Position numbers and translations under genes: made by a program | NCBI RefSeq assembly: GCF_011386835.1 | Contig: NC_088802.1 | Location: 50,592,001 to 50,656,000, forward strand | DNA length: 64,000 nt | DNA from: Chrysemys picta bellii | Lineage: Eukaryota | Direction of reading: 5' to 3' | Part shown: positions 26,501 to 39,567 of the stretch, piece by piece | Layout: each line of letters starts with the position of its first letter | How positions within the stretch are numbered: position 1 is the first letter of the stretch | Notes under the pieces: generated by a model | Seen by the model: only the letters and a program-made list of their open reading frames with translations | Database searches by the model: none | What the model was told of the DNA's origin: nothing

Positions 26501-29500
26501 TTTATGAATAATTTCTGAGTTCACTCTTAGGAGACTAGTATTAAAATTATATGGAACATAAAACCAACTTCTGAAACCACTGATTAATGTGGAAACAAAA
26601 ACCATTTTCTATAATGGTAACATATGGCCCTCATTCTTGGAAAAAAAGGTTTCGGTGTGAAACTAATTAGAGAGTTATAAGTATGAAAATAGGGACAGTG
26701 TTACAATAATTAACAAAAAAAGGTTGAGAAATTATTATAGTTTTAAAGTAAACGTGAGTATCATTATATATTAACCATTATATTTTCAGCCTCTTTTCAA
26801 TTCTCAAATAAAGATATAAGTGCAGAATAATTCTAATTCACCATTAAAACTCCCCTCTTCAAAAGCAATCCAAAAGAATAAGTTCCCCAAAGGATAAATC
26901 TCAGGTCTATATGATGCATGTTTCCCTTAACAGAGACCATGTGAAACATCGGCATAAGAAAGGCAAAGACATAACATCAGTAGTAAATGATGGAAGACAA
27001 ATACTGAATATTTTTTAATGTTTTGGTATATTATGTTATTTAAAAATAATAACTACCATAACAATTTGTTATTTTGACCTTTATTATACTTCAACAAAAT
27101 ACATTTATTTCCCATGTGATTCGATAAATAAGTTAGAGAAGGTCTAGCAAAGGATGGCATGAAATAAGACTATACATTTTAAGACTTTCTGAATGTCTGG
27201 TTATTAATTATTATTGCCCAAGGCAGCCATACCCATTTGTTCTTATCACAAGTTCCCTAATATTTTTTTTACTCAATATTCCTTTACATCTTTTCTTCCC
27301 TCAGTTGCTACTTTAATTGTGCAAATTACCTTCATTTATCACCAATATTTTAATCAAGACTCTTGCAAATTTATATCATGCATGTTTCTTTACACTTTAG
27401 TACTTCAAACGTCATCAGATAGAGTTTTGCGTCTTGCATCTTAATCAGACTGATATTACTGCGTAGCCTTTTCTGACTTTCACAACAGTTCATTTGGTCT
27501 TGGGTTGCACCTAGCATTTTAATAGCACTTTAAACTGTTCATTAATATCTATCCTAAGCTTACAGCAATCCTACACCCCTCCAGTATTAGACCTTGAGAA
27601 ACTGTTTATGCTTCTGACCTTTGTCAGCTGAAACCAAAACTTGGCCTCATTCAGAACTGCCAGCTGCTGCTGGAATATGCCTCTGGATAATCAAAGAAGC
27701 TGGAAATGCTCAGATCCCAACAATTTAACTCACTGGGTAACATATGTATTGGCTAAATCTTTACCTTATTTGTCAAATGCTAACAGTGTAGCTGGCCCTG
27801 TAACGTACAGTTTAGAACAAAGACTGCCAGTCATCTTACTGCTACAGAAAACATACCTAAGACCACCTCATTTCAAAAGCCCAGTACATATTCACCTTCA
27901 GCCTTCTGGTTAGTCACTACATGTACCATAAACATCCCAATAAACTAGCTTGCTAGATATGAAACTCCTACATAACTCCTACAGTGGGAAAAAGAATTAC
28001 CTTCTGTAGTAGAAAAAAGAGTTATGTATTATACTTAGAACAGTGGGTTGGCTTTGAGGCCTACAGTATCAAAACAAGTTTACTTGCTGCCTCCCCTCCA
28101 AGGATGAAAGCTACACAGCCATTCTCTGCTCTACTTAATTAAGTAGCTAATGAGCTGACCTTTCATTAGTTGGAAGCGTCTGCCAGTCCACCTTTCTCCC
28201 CTCATTTGTAATGCACTGGCTACTGTGTATTTCTCACCACTGCCAAGTGTAAAGTAAGACCACAGAAGATACAAATCTTATCAGTTGAACTCAGAGGAGA
28301 AACTCCTTTAGGGATACGTGGTAGGACCTGCGTTTTTTTAAGCCAAACTTCCAAAGATTTATTTTCCACCAACTAATAATGAAATCTTGCATTACCACAG
28401 AATTGTTAGCATAACAACTGTAGTGTTCGATACTCAATTCCTGTAGTAGTAAATCAAGTTTCCCTATTCACAACAATCCTAAGAAATCACCTGGAAATGT
28501 TAATGTGCTTTCACCAAAGTTTTGCTAACATAAGAATATAATAGAGCATTTTGTTTTCTTTGAACAGTGTAAAACAGTAGGGTATCAATTTCTTCTGCAA
28601 ATGCTACATTTTTAGGGTCATGGCACATGGAAAATAAAAAAACTTGCGTCTCTCAGGAGAGGTTCATTTTTTGGGTGGGGTCATACTGTGTTTTTGAATG
28701 AAAGATTTGTGAATTAAAAATAAATTGTAAGCAAGCTACTCTTCCTATAAAATGCCAATCTCAGCTGTGAGGGCCTTTGGTCCACATTTGAAAAAGGAGT
28801 GAAAGATTCTGATGTCAATAATTCCTGTTTCTTTCTGCTCTTTATTATTTTGCAAAAAAACTAATATTTTATCTAAGATTTCAAACAATGTACATTCTTT
28901 TCAGTAATTCCAGTAACAGTTAAGACAATTTAACACCTATATTCTTTAATGTTCTACTATCCAATCTAATCAATTTAATAGTGGTTTTTCAGTTTGGATG
29001 TTTTTATTAATCTTACATGATATTTCTATTGCGTCAAACACCTCTACACAGTACGGTTTCCTATTGACTAGATTCGGTACTTTCTCAGTTCTTGATTTGA
29101 GTGAATATTATTTATACACCATGTTCTTCATTTAATAGGTAGAAACTAAAAAAAAGCCTTCTTGGGTAGCATTATGCCTTCAAGCATGGGCTATATGTAA
29201 GTGAAAAAATGTCAATATCAGTAGTTTCTGGATATAAAATCTGAAGTTTAGCATTTCAATTTTCAAAGCAAACATTTGTCATTTCTCAATACTTGGACAT
29301 TTATATGAAAAAGGTTTCAAATACATCTTACTTCATGTATTCTACCAAACAACTCAATATGTGTCTGGGTAATTTTCTAGTAAAAAGGAGTACCTAATTC
29401 GTTCCAATATGTAAAATCAAAGTCTCAAATGCATGAGATTTCTAGGGATATTTTTTAAGAGAAGGATGAAATGCAGCAGTGACATTCACCTGTTATACAA

Positions 29501-30281
29501 TTTTGAAAATGTGGTAGCGGTTCCACATTGCTTATTACGGGTGTTAAGAAGTCATACATGATAGTCACATTGTGTTCATCATTTTCTTTGAAGTGAAGGC
29601 TATATTACGGCTTTAGAAAAAACTGTCAAGGAAATCTGCTGTTACACATTTTACCAATAGGGTAAGTAGACGAGAGCTGACATACATGGTGTACAGTAGC
29701 CAGAGTCAGATAGATTCCCGTAGGGTTTTTGACACTAAATAATAAAAGAGGAAAATTACTCAGGTATTTTGGAGGTTTACCAGTATGACTCCAATCCTTG
29801 TGGTTATGTTTCCAGACCATGCTACCTTTTCCCCCAAATGTCAACAAGCGTCATTGTTAACCTATTTTTTCCAATAGTATTTGAAATACTACGTTTTGGG
29901 TTTTGATGATAATATATATTATAAGAGAGCTTTAAAATAGCACATAGTAGCACATGTTGGGATGGCAATGCTGCAAAAACAACAATTGTCAATATGTTTT
30001 CAGAAACAAAATATTTTCTGCTGAAATGTCATTTAACTATCTTGTGTTTAAAAATGGAAAGAAATATTTTTAATACTTGTGCAATTTTAGTTTAACACAT
30101 GGCTGCAATTCAATGGATTTCCAGAGTTTAATTTCTGCCAGCCAAAACGGTCCATTTTATGGTTTTGTATTTTGTATTCACTGATTCATGTATTTTATTT
30201 TAAGCAAATGCTGTAGTATTTACTGCCCTGGTAACAGGAAATATCAGAACATTCTACAAACTCCACAGTCAGTCTCCAGCC

Positions 30282-30437
30282 CATAAATGCCAACTCCGTG
30301 GGTGCTCCGGAGCTCAAGCACCCACTGAAAAACAAAAAGGAGGTGGTCAGCACACACGAGCCGCCAGTAAGTGGTGCACTGTGAAACTAGAAGGCAGAAA
30401 GCACCTACCGGCAAAAACAAAAAAGTCAGCGCCTGTG
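30282..30437. mobile_element. hAT MITE (156 bp)
   Basis: Perfect 8-bp TSD CTCCAGCC at 30274-30281 and 30438-30445; imperfect TIRs CATAAATGCCAACT ... AGTCAGCGCCTGTG. Confidence 0.85.
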
Positions 30438-30480
30438 CTCCAGCCATTTAGCTACAAGGAGGGGGGGGAAAAAAAACTAT

Positions 30481-30875
30481 TAGGCCACTACAAAGTTTTG
30501 CCAACATAACTATGTTGGTTAGGAGTCTGGAAAGAATTGCACACGTAACCAACATATGTTGGCAAAAAAAAAACCACCATATAGATGCAGCTTATGCTGA
30601 CAAAACAGTGTTTTTGCCAGTATAGCTGAGGTCATTTAACTATAATGGCAAAAAGAAGAACAGGAGGACTTGTGGCACCTTAGAGACTAACAAATTTGTT
30701 AGTCTCTAAGGTGCCACAAGTCCTCCTGTTCTTCTTTTTGCGGATACAGACTAACACGGCTGCTACTCTGAAACCTTTTATAATGGCAAAAGAAATCCTT
30801 TTGTGTACATGGTGCATTTCCAGTAGGGGGCTTTGCTGGTATACCTATAATGGCAAAGTCTTTGTAGTATACAAA
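30481..30875. mobile_element. Old Harbinger-like MITE, interrupted by the Penelope insertion
   Basis: CTACAAAG ... CTTTGTAG near the ends; repeated TTTTGCCA / TGGCAAAA palindromic units; an internal GTAGA(C/T) motif as in the other MITEs. Confidence 0.5.
30648..30778. mobile_element. Mini Penelope-like insertion made of inverted pLTR pieces
   Basis: Perfect palindrome 30648-30741 followed by GGATACAGACTAACACGGCTGCTACTCTGAAAC, which I recognise as a turtle Penelope terminus; TATAATGGCAAAA is duplicated at 30641-30653 and 30779-30791. Confidence 0.8.
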
Positions 30876-33399
30876 TGGCAAAGCCTTTGTAGCCCTGAGT
30901 CACTGACAGTGGATTAGCCCCTCTTGCTTTTGAAGACCTTGCTTTTTCCCGCTGACTCTGCAGCTGGAGGCAGGTAGACAGACCTTCTGTTGCAGAGGCT
31001 CGACCGTTTGTGAAGGAAAAATCATCCAAATTCTAAAGTTTTACTTTGGAGAAGTCCGGCTTAAAATACCTAATAGAATCAAGGAACCTAAAGATTTGTG
31101 GGACAGCCCAGAGAGAAGAAAGAAATACTCCCTTTGTTTTGAGAAAACTCTTTTCCTTGAGGCGCTGCAGTGGCAGCATCCTCTCACAGTCCCAGGCTAG
31201 AAGAGGCAAATGGCTGGAAACCAATCTGAAAGGAAGGCCAAGAGAAGATAATCTGTGTCTTGCACACTACCCTGACAGGAAAGTTCATAAGTAGAGATTT
31301 GTGCCTCTTGTGACTAGGGCCAAGGCACACTGAGCCAGATTCTCAGCTAGCATAAATAGCTGAGTGTATCCATTTACACCGGCTAAGGATCTAGTCCTCC
31401 CTCTTTTTCCATCCTAGAGTACTGCAGTAGCATGCTTCACTCACAAACCAAGGGAGGACAATAAAAACACAAAAGGCTCTGCGAAACTGCATGTAAATCT
31501 AGGGCTCCACTGGAATTTTGCATCCACAAGCCTGGCTGCTCCCAGCAAAGCTGCAGAGAGCACAAAGTCCCAAATACAGATTGGGAAAACTAGGAAGAAG
31601 GTGCTAAGAGGTATACTGGACGATCTCACAAACACATCCTATAGTAAATATGTGGATTTATGAGGGTGATTCATCCTATCTCTGGGTTTGCTATATTGCC
31701 CAACACTATATTACCTTAGTACTACAACATCAATGTGTTAGTTTAATAATATGATTTATTTATAAAAACTAAATAAGCATTCACCTACAATCTCAATGTC
31801 TTTACATTAGTTATAGTTTCAATCATCAAAATGTTCAACTGTAATATTATTCAACCCATTCCCAAACACAGGCCAGCAAGATACAGATAAAATATAAATC
31901 TCCCCCACTTCCTCCTTTCCCAAATCCTCAGACTGGAGATTCACGGTAGGGAGACGTAGCCACATTTAGCACTTATAGCTCATTAATTTTGACTTCAGCC
32001 AACTGCTTTGAAAAACATATTGCTGTTAAAAAAAATTCATGTTGTAATGCTGCAATCAATAGTCACTTAAAGCTACAACATACTGTCACAAATTTAAAAC
32101 TGTATTCTAAATTATCTGATATGCGAGGGTTTTGATCTTACCCTCATAATATGCTGGCTGCTGAGAGTTGTGTGCTCAAAAATATTGTTACTGGTAAGTT
32201 TAATGTATGGTACTGACAGTGAGGACTCAGAAAATGTAATATTACAGTAATAAATACAGAAGCAATCTGCTTTCAAATGATCTGGGAAGGGAAAATACTT
32301 ATTGTCACACTCCACTCATCTGTGAATCATGTATCCACACATCCCAACAGGTTTGACACTAGTCAGTATGATGGTTTGTGTACAACATACACAAAGTAAC
32401 TAATATTGGGTAAAAATAATATATCTTACAATTTAGAAAGCAGTTAAAAAAAAAAGACTAGCTTGTTAACAAAAAGAGCCAAACACAAATTTTCACTTAC
32501 CACCTTAGAAAAAATGCCAACCAATACAAGCCAGGCAAAGTTTGAGAGTCCTGTTGGTACCACAGTATGTTGAAAAACCAACATCTTTATTCAATTACCC
32601 TTAATGTGCAACCTCAAGCCTGGGGGCTGGCATTCAGTAAAGGAGGCATTTCCTAAAAAGGCCCAACCCAATGGCCTGATAGGTCTGTACAGACAGGGTG
32701 CAAACCAGTGTATTTTTTGAAGTCATCTTCGACCTTTTCCACAATAGTGACATCAGACAGTAACTGTAAATTCACGAATCCTAAGCATTTTTTAAAACCC
32801 TATTCAGCCATATTTCCACTAGCCTCAAAGCTATCCTCCCAAATGGTATGATGTTAACAAACTACCTGACTTTCATAATGCTGGCAATACAGCTATGTTT
32901 GTTTACATAGTTCTGCCTATTTAGCGGCTTTGAAAACTGTTGTTTTCAGAGGAACAGGTGGAACAGGTCTGACAGAGCAGTGGGGAGAGGCAACAGAGCG
33001 CAGATGTAGATGTTGCTGTGTTTGTGTATGCTATCTTTTGTGGAATAAAACAAGACAGGAGTTATTTCAAAACTGTGTTGAAAAGTTGTTACGAACATAG
33101 TATAAGGGCACACCACTCTCTCTCCATAAGTCAGAGAATAATGAAGATCTTAGAGACCTGCATCATTTTCATGTTGCATTGAAGCCACAAAATTTCCCCA
33201 AGGTGCACATACTGCCAACTACTTGACTTAATTTCATATTTTCTGCACCACACCAAGCAATTAATGAATTTATCACCTAATGAGCTGTAGACGTAGCTTT
33301 AAAATTGGAAGGGGGAAAACCTTTCTATGAATCAATCAGAACGCAACTGATCTTTCACCCACCTTCTTGGTCTGGTCAGACTAACATCAACATTTATCT

Positions 33400-33921
33400 C
33401 CTCATTTTCTCAGATATAGTTTTGTGTGCATTTTATTTTATTGTACTTGGTGACTTACTTTGTTCTGTCTGTTACTACTTGGAACCACTTAAATTCTATT
33501 TTCTGTATTTAATAAAATCACTTTTTATTTAGTAATTTACTCAGAGTGTGTATTAATACCTGGGGGAGCAAACAACTGTGCATATCTCTCTATCAGTGTT
33601 ACAGAGGGTCGAACAATTTATGAGTTTGTCCTGCATAAGCTTTATGCAGGGTAAAACAGATTTATTTGGGTTTAGACCCCATTGGGAGTTGAGCATCTGA
33701 GTGCTAAAGACAAGCACACTTCTGTGAGCTGTTTTCAGGTAAACTTACAGCTTTGGGGCAAATGATTCAGACCCTGGGTCTGTGTTGGAGCAGATGGGAG
33801 TGTCTTGCTCAGCAAGACAGGGTGCTGGAGTCCTGAGCTGTCAGGGAAAACAGGAATAGAAGTAGTCTTGGTACACCAGGTGGCAGCTCCCAAGGGGGTT
33901 TCTGTGATTCAACCCGTCACA
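33400..33921 (+). mobile_element. 3' part of an LTR (probably Gypsy), 5'-truncated
   Basis: Ends ..AACCCGTCACA (CA terminus); AATAAA at ~33511; composition and motifs match turtle LTRs as I recall them. No TSD because the 5' end is missing. Confidence 0.6.
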
Positions 33922-34099
33922 CTAGTACTGTACGAACACAGAACAAAAAGATGGGCCAGGCCTTAAACCACTTCTAACTTAAGTATAAAACAACAAATGG
34001 ATATGGAGAGATTGGTGATTACAAGGAAACAATGAATCAACACAGTCAGCATGCTAGGAAATGGTATCAGAACACCAGCATCCTAACACATATCAAGTT

Positions 34100-34380
34100 T
34101 ATTGTGGGCATCAGGTAAGAGAGACTTTAAGGAGGGATTTGAAGGAAGATAACAAGGTAGTTATGCAGATGTTTCGGTGTGCCCTTCCCAGGCGAGGGAC
34201 AGCATGGGAGAAAGCACAAAGTTGCTTGTCTGAAAATGTAATACATGGGCCTTGGAGGCTGTCATGATTGGCTGATTGGAAGGAGGAGTTGATATTTCAG
34301 TAGCAAATGAGAGATAATAGGCTGTGAGAGGCCATGAAAACAAAGAAAAGCAGCTTATGTTTGATGCACTACAGAAGGTT
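34100..34380 (-). mobile_element. Probable L2-like LINE 3' fragment
   Basis: TTTAAGGAGGGATTTGAAGGAAG...TTCCCAGGCGAGGGACAGCATGGGAGAAAGCAC resembles the reverse strand of L2/CR1-clade 3' ends (recall only). Confidence 0.4.
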
Positions 34381-36530
34381 TAACACTTTTTTCTCAAGGC
34401 TATCACAAATAATTCTTCCCTCAATTCCTTGCATCATCTGTTTTCCATCATCTCTTGTCAGTATCATACCAGCTAACAACAAGATTATGTTTGTGTCCTG
34501 AATCTACATCAAAGGCCACAGAGACTGGGAACAGTTTCAAACAGAAATAAGACCCAATAACCACAATTTAGTCATTTCCCAACATTGCACATCTGATTCC
34601 TGGAAGTCAAATATTAGAATTCAGTTGGTGCTTATTGCGAAAACTCAGTATCTAAGGGTTTGAGATATGTAGTATAATGAACATAAAAAGTAGGATAGAT
34701 TATATAAACACCACAGTACACCATACTAATTATATGACTATACTATCTAATAGTCAACAAATATTTACGCCAAGTTATTGAGAAATCTTTAACTATTAAC
34801 AGGTTAACGCCAAACACAAATGAAACTTCCATTTGAATACAAAGTACAGTTTCAGAATTAGAGAAAAGAAAGAGGGAAGCTTTTAAAACTTCTATTTTCA
34901 CCAGAAGTGAAAATACACGCTAATAGAGGCTAGGACACTTGTGTAGGTCCTTTCAATCTGCAGCTCTCTAGTAACTAACGTACACTTCGTCAGTTTTAAG
35001 TTTGTCTTTTGCAGCATAGAACCTCAGAAGGCTCATTACTTGTACCTGTCCTGTTAAGTATTTCTTTCGTACCCTGATATCACATCTTTTCTGCACGGTG
35101 TTCTCCCAGAAAGTCTACATGCCTTCACACCTTCAGTAATCTGTCTCTTTTGTCATCACCTTTCTAGGTGTTTGTTTTAGTCAGTTTCCACCAGTTTTCT
35201 AGCCAAAGTCTCACCTCTCTCTCTCTCACTTTTATTTGATGATTTTCAAGTCATAGTTCAAAACAGCACTTGACCCAAACCAAAGTGCTGAATGAGTGAT
35301 TCAACATGCACCCCAATCCACAAGGTAGAATTATCATCTCAATCTACACATATTACAGAACATCTAGGCTTGTTTCTCATCTACCTTGCTTTTGGAGCTA
35401 TGTCGCACAGAATACAAAAGATTATTTATATAGGGCAAAATTCACCACCATTCAGGGAATTTGCACAAAAGTTGTATGCACCATTTAAGTCTTATTAAAG
35501 CTCTGTATTAACTGGCACATCAGATCCTTGTTCAGGCCATCTGGGTGTGATTTAATTTCATCTATAAACACACAGACTTTCTGAAATACAGAAGAAAATT
35601 ATAAATCAATCCAATATAGTCACACAAATCAACATTTCAATAATTCTCACGCTACCCCAAGTAACACAGAAAAACTATGCTCCCTCCCATCCCAGCAAAT
35701 GATTTTTTTAAAGCAAAATACTGATATAAGGTTTTGACTAAAAGTGGAAGACAATATTCTATAGAAAGATACAGCAAAATATAATCATACTTATTTATTT
35801 GAAGAAAACTTAGACAAAGTAGCTATGGGTTTGGGTGCGTGTGCACGTATGTGCACATCTCCCCTGCTTGTCTTCTTCTAAAGTTATATAGAACTGTGGT
35901 CAGCTATTTGGGTGACTGAACCACAAGTGCTTGCAGTGCAAGTAGCATCCTTCAACATGCATATGTGGGTTTGACAGCATGAAGCAACACCTCTTTTGGG
36001 GGAAAAACGAGGTGCATACAGTGTTGGTCTCACCTCTTCTGCTACAATGTAGGAGATCGGTTCCAATGTTTCATAGGTGTTATTGGGACACGGATATTAT
36101 GAAATTCTAGAATATACATTGGAGCATTATATTACATTGCATTATTAGACTTGTATCGCATATAGATATGGCCGCCTCCTCCCCCTTTGTCACATATTTA
36201 GGTTTCTACACAATAGTTTTCAGAAGCATTTATTCTGTATTGTGTTTCCATTCTTGTATTTCACAATATTCAAACCCTAATGAAAAAATGTTGAAAGAAT
36301 AAATAATTCAATCAGTAAAAAGAACACTGAAAGCCAAACAGAAACACTTAATGATAATACTCAAGAGCAGCACTGCTGATAATACAACCCCATTTTCAAT
36401 GTATTATGCAGCACTACAATCTTACATTAGGAAAATATTTGCAATGCCAGAAAGATTACTTATATACAGTATTCACTAAAACGGTCACTATTAAGAGAGG
36501 AGGAAGAAGAGCACAGGACTAGAAGTGAAA

Positions 36531-36705
36531 TGGAAGATTGGTCCAATGGTTAGAACACAAGTTGGGGATCTGGGAGACCTCATGCGTGACCTTGGGCAAG
36601 TCAATGAGTCTCTCAATTCCCCATCTATAAAATGGAGATAATATCTCCCTACTTCACAGGGGTTTGTGAGGCACTGAGATAGTATGGTGATAGAGGCCAT
36701 ATATG
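36531..36705 (+). mobile_element. MIR/CORE-type SINE
   Basis: A-box-like TGGTCCAATGGTTAGA; CORE domain GTGACCTTGGGCAAGTCA...CAATTCCCCATCTATAAAATGGAGATAAT. A second decayed CORE piece lies at ~36775-36880. Confidence 0.8.
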
Positions 36706-38028
36706 TTATAGACCTGTAGGCTATTTTCAGCTCTACAACTGGCTTGCTCTACAAATGCAGTTGAAGGTCATACTACTTCTGAGTCACAATTTGATATCTG
36801 CAAAATGGGTACAATTTTTCTACCATAGAGGTTTTGTGCGATATCTAATTGATACTTGTGAAGCAATTTGACATGCTCTGAAATATCCAAGTGCAATTAA
36901 TTAATTTAAATTTCCTGCAGTATATTCTGGAAGAAAAGCAGCACATTTCATATATTCAAATTCTCCATTTGAAAGCTCTCATAAGAAAAAGAGACTATGT
37001 GAAATCAATATTGACAAATTAGGCTGCTCCTCCTGTCTTATCTCTGAAACTATGCCAACCAGGCAATCACTTCACATATCCTGCAACACATAAACCTAAC
37101 TCTGTTGCATCATTTCCCCTTTTGTCTAGTTCAAACAGGCTGAAATTTTATATTGAGGGGGGAGACGGTATTTGCTCTGTATATTTATCCAGAATTTTGA
37201 AGTGAAAGTAAGAGTCATCTTAAACTAACAATTTCCTCCATCAGTCTATTTGTATGACATATTAATGATAGAGAAATAACGAGATACAGTATTATATTTA
37301 CTTTTATGGCAAAAAGAAAAAGATACAGACTGAATAAAAGACGTAGCTTATTTCCATCCAGGCAAAACCCACTACTAGGAAGAACAATCTTTTCTTTCTG
37401 TGAAGGGCTAATGCAGACAGTTCGGACATTCAGCTTCTCCCTCCTACACAAGTTCTTGCAGATCCCATTTCATTCCTTTGCACCAAAAGATGTGGGTGTG
37501 GACACTAACCTGGCATTGCAATATCTGCAACTATTAGTTAAATGCAGCTTATATACATAAGAGAGAGTGTATGCACATTACTATACATTACAGCATTAAA
37601 ATATACGCCAAAATATGCTAAATCAAGAGGGTCCAAAACAGAGGTGAATAAAATAAAATTATGGGCCAAGGTACCAAAGTATAGGGCCACAGGTTAAAAT
37701 AAGACACATTTTTGGAACCAAAAAAAGGTTGTTTTTTAATAGTAGGAAGAGGTGTAATGAGAATGCATTACCAGTCTATTCTCAAAGTAGTGAGTACACC
37801 TACTTTTTAATGGATTAATTGCTGAAACGCTTGATGGTATAAACATATTAGGAAAAGTTGGTGATCATTTGGTACATTAAAAGGGAGCGAGCACTAAGCA
37901 CAATGGATGGCAGGGCACACCGTATAAACCAAAAGATGGTTAAAAAAAAGGGATGAAAAGAGTAAAAAGGTAAAAAATATAGTTTCCCTCCTACCTGTAT
38001 TTATATATAAAAGTCACATGCTTTAAAA

Positions 38029-38404
38029 CAGTGGTTCTCAACGCAGAGGGTACATCAGCTCATCTAGATATTTGCCTAAGTTTACAACTGGCTACATAGA
38101 AAGCACTAGCAAAGTCAGGACAAACTTAAAATTTCATACAGACAATGACTTGTTTATACTGCTCTATATACTATACACTGAAATGTAAGTACAATATTTA
38201 TATTCCAATTGATTTACTTTATAATTATATGGTAAAAATGAGAAAGTCAGCAATTTTTTAGTAATAGTGTGCTGTGTCACTTTTGTATTTTTATGTCTGA
38301 TATTGTAAGAAAGTAGTTTTTAATTGAGGCAAAACTTGGGGGTATGCCAGACAAATCCGACTCCTGAAAGGGGTACAGTAGTTTGGAAAGGTTGAGAGCC
38401 ACTG
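38029..38404. mobile_element. Non-autonomous hAT-Charlie-type element (376 bp)
   Basis: TIRs CAGTGGTTCTCAAC ... GTTGAGAGCCACTG; perfect 8-bp TSD CTTTAAAA at 38021-38028 and 38405-38412. Confidence 0.92.
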
Positions 38405-39366
38405 CTTTAAAACAGCTTCAGTGTGTGTGCATATACTTAAAAAGTACACAGTTAAAGAGACCTTATATATTGCATTTCCCAGTGTAAAGCATTATGGGAT
38501 ATGACAAGGACTTCCCTGCACTCTTCCACTACAAGAAGCACCCTCTGTTCACAAGCGAAGAAGGTTCAGTGATTTTTTTCAACTGTACATCCCATAATGC
38601 TTATAATGGTTATTATGAAATGAGGGCTTTTTAAGTATTAAAGCAGTTTCTGAAACACGTGATATCCAACCTTCAGGGCTTTTTCAATCTATTCATTAAT
38701 TACATACTCAATTTTTACATAGAGATTACTGTATCTATGCAAAATGCTAGCTGTACTTTCATAAACCTATTAATATCTTTCCTTTGAGGTGCCCCATTTT
38801 ATCTTATTAAAGTAATAATTCTCCTAAAGTCATCCATCAAAAATGGTGCTAATTTAGCTATTTCAAGAATACATAATGGCATAAAAATGATCCTGGATAC
38901 AACCAACAGTAATAGACATCTTGTGTAATTTTTTTATAAGTTTAATTCACTGTCGTTTAGAATTATGCTACTCTTGGCTGTAGAAGCCACAGCAGAAAAC
39001 ACTGCACGCTTCAATCTATTTGGTAAATGCGTAGTATTTCAGTCAATACATCAGAGGAGGAAAAGGGAGACAGCATTGCTCTTTCAAATGAGCCAATTAA
39101 CATATGTGCAAACTGATAAACATTTATGAGGAACATCGGCAACTGATTCTTCACATATTAGAGTAAATCCAACAATGGCCCTAACTTGAAAATAAGATGA
39201 CTTTGAGAAAGTTGGTCTTTATCTGGGCTACACTGCTAATAATAAAGGGAATGGACTAAGAAAATGGGAAGTAATAAATTACTGCAATGCCTCACCTTTG
39301 AACATCAAAGATGGACTTTAAAATACTGCTACTTACATCATTCTTGTGAAATGTTATTAAACTTTT

Positions 39367-39567
39367 AATAATAATAATAATATATGGAGATATCCCATCT
39401 CCTAGAACTGGAAGGGACCTTGAAAGATCATTGAATCCAGCTGCCTTCACTAGCAGGACCAAGTACTGATTTTGCCCCAGGTCCCTAAGTGGCCCCCTCC
39501 AGGATTGAACTCACAACCCTGGGTTTAGTAGGCCAATGCTCAAACCACTGAGCTGTCCCTCCTCCCC
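39367..39567 (-). mobile_element. tRNA-derived SINE with CR1-type tail (tortoise Pol III/SINE type), full length
   Basis: Reverse complement has A box CAGCTCAGTGG, B box GAGTTCAATCC, CR1-like 3' end TTCAAGGTCCCTTCCAGTTCT and a (TAT)n tail. This SINE family is known to share its 3' end with a turtle CR1. Confidence 0.9.

Noticed and set aside
30778-31294. Protein-like minus-strand frame NLDDFSFTNGRASATEGLSTCLQLQSQREK..
   Set aside because: An in-frame stop lies just upstream, there is no good donor, it runs into a MITE, and it has no recognisable homology.
39500-39567. tRNA-like sequence
   Set aside because: It is the head of the SINE and continues directly into the SINE body and CR1-type tail, so it is not a tRNA gene.
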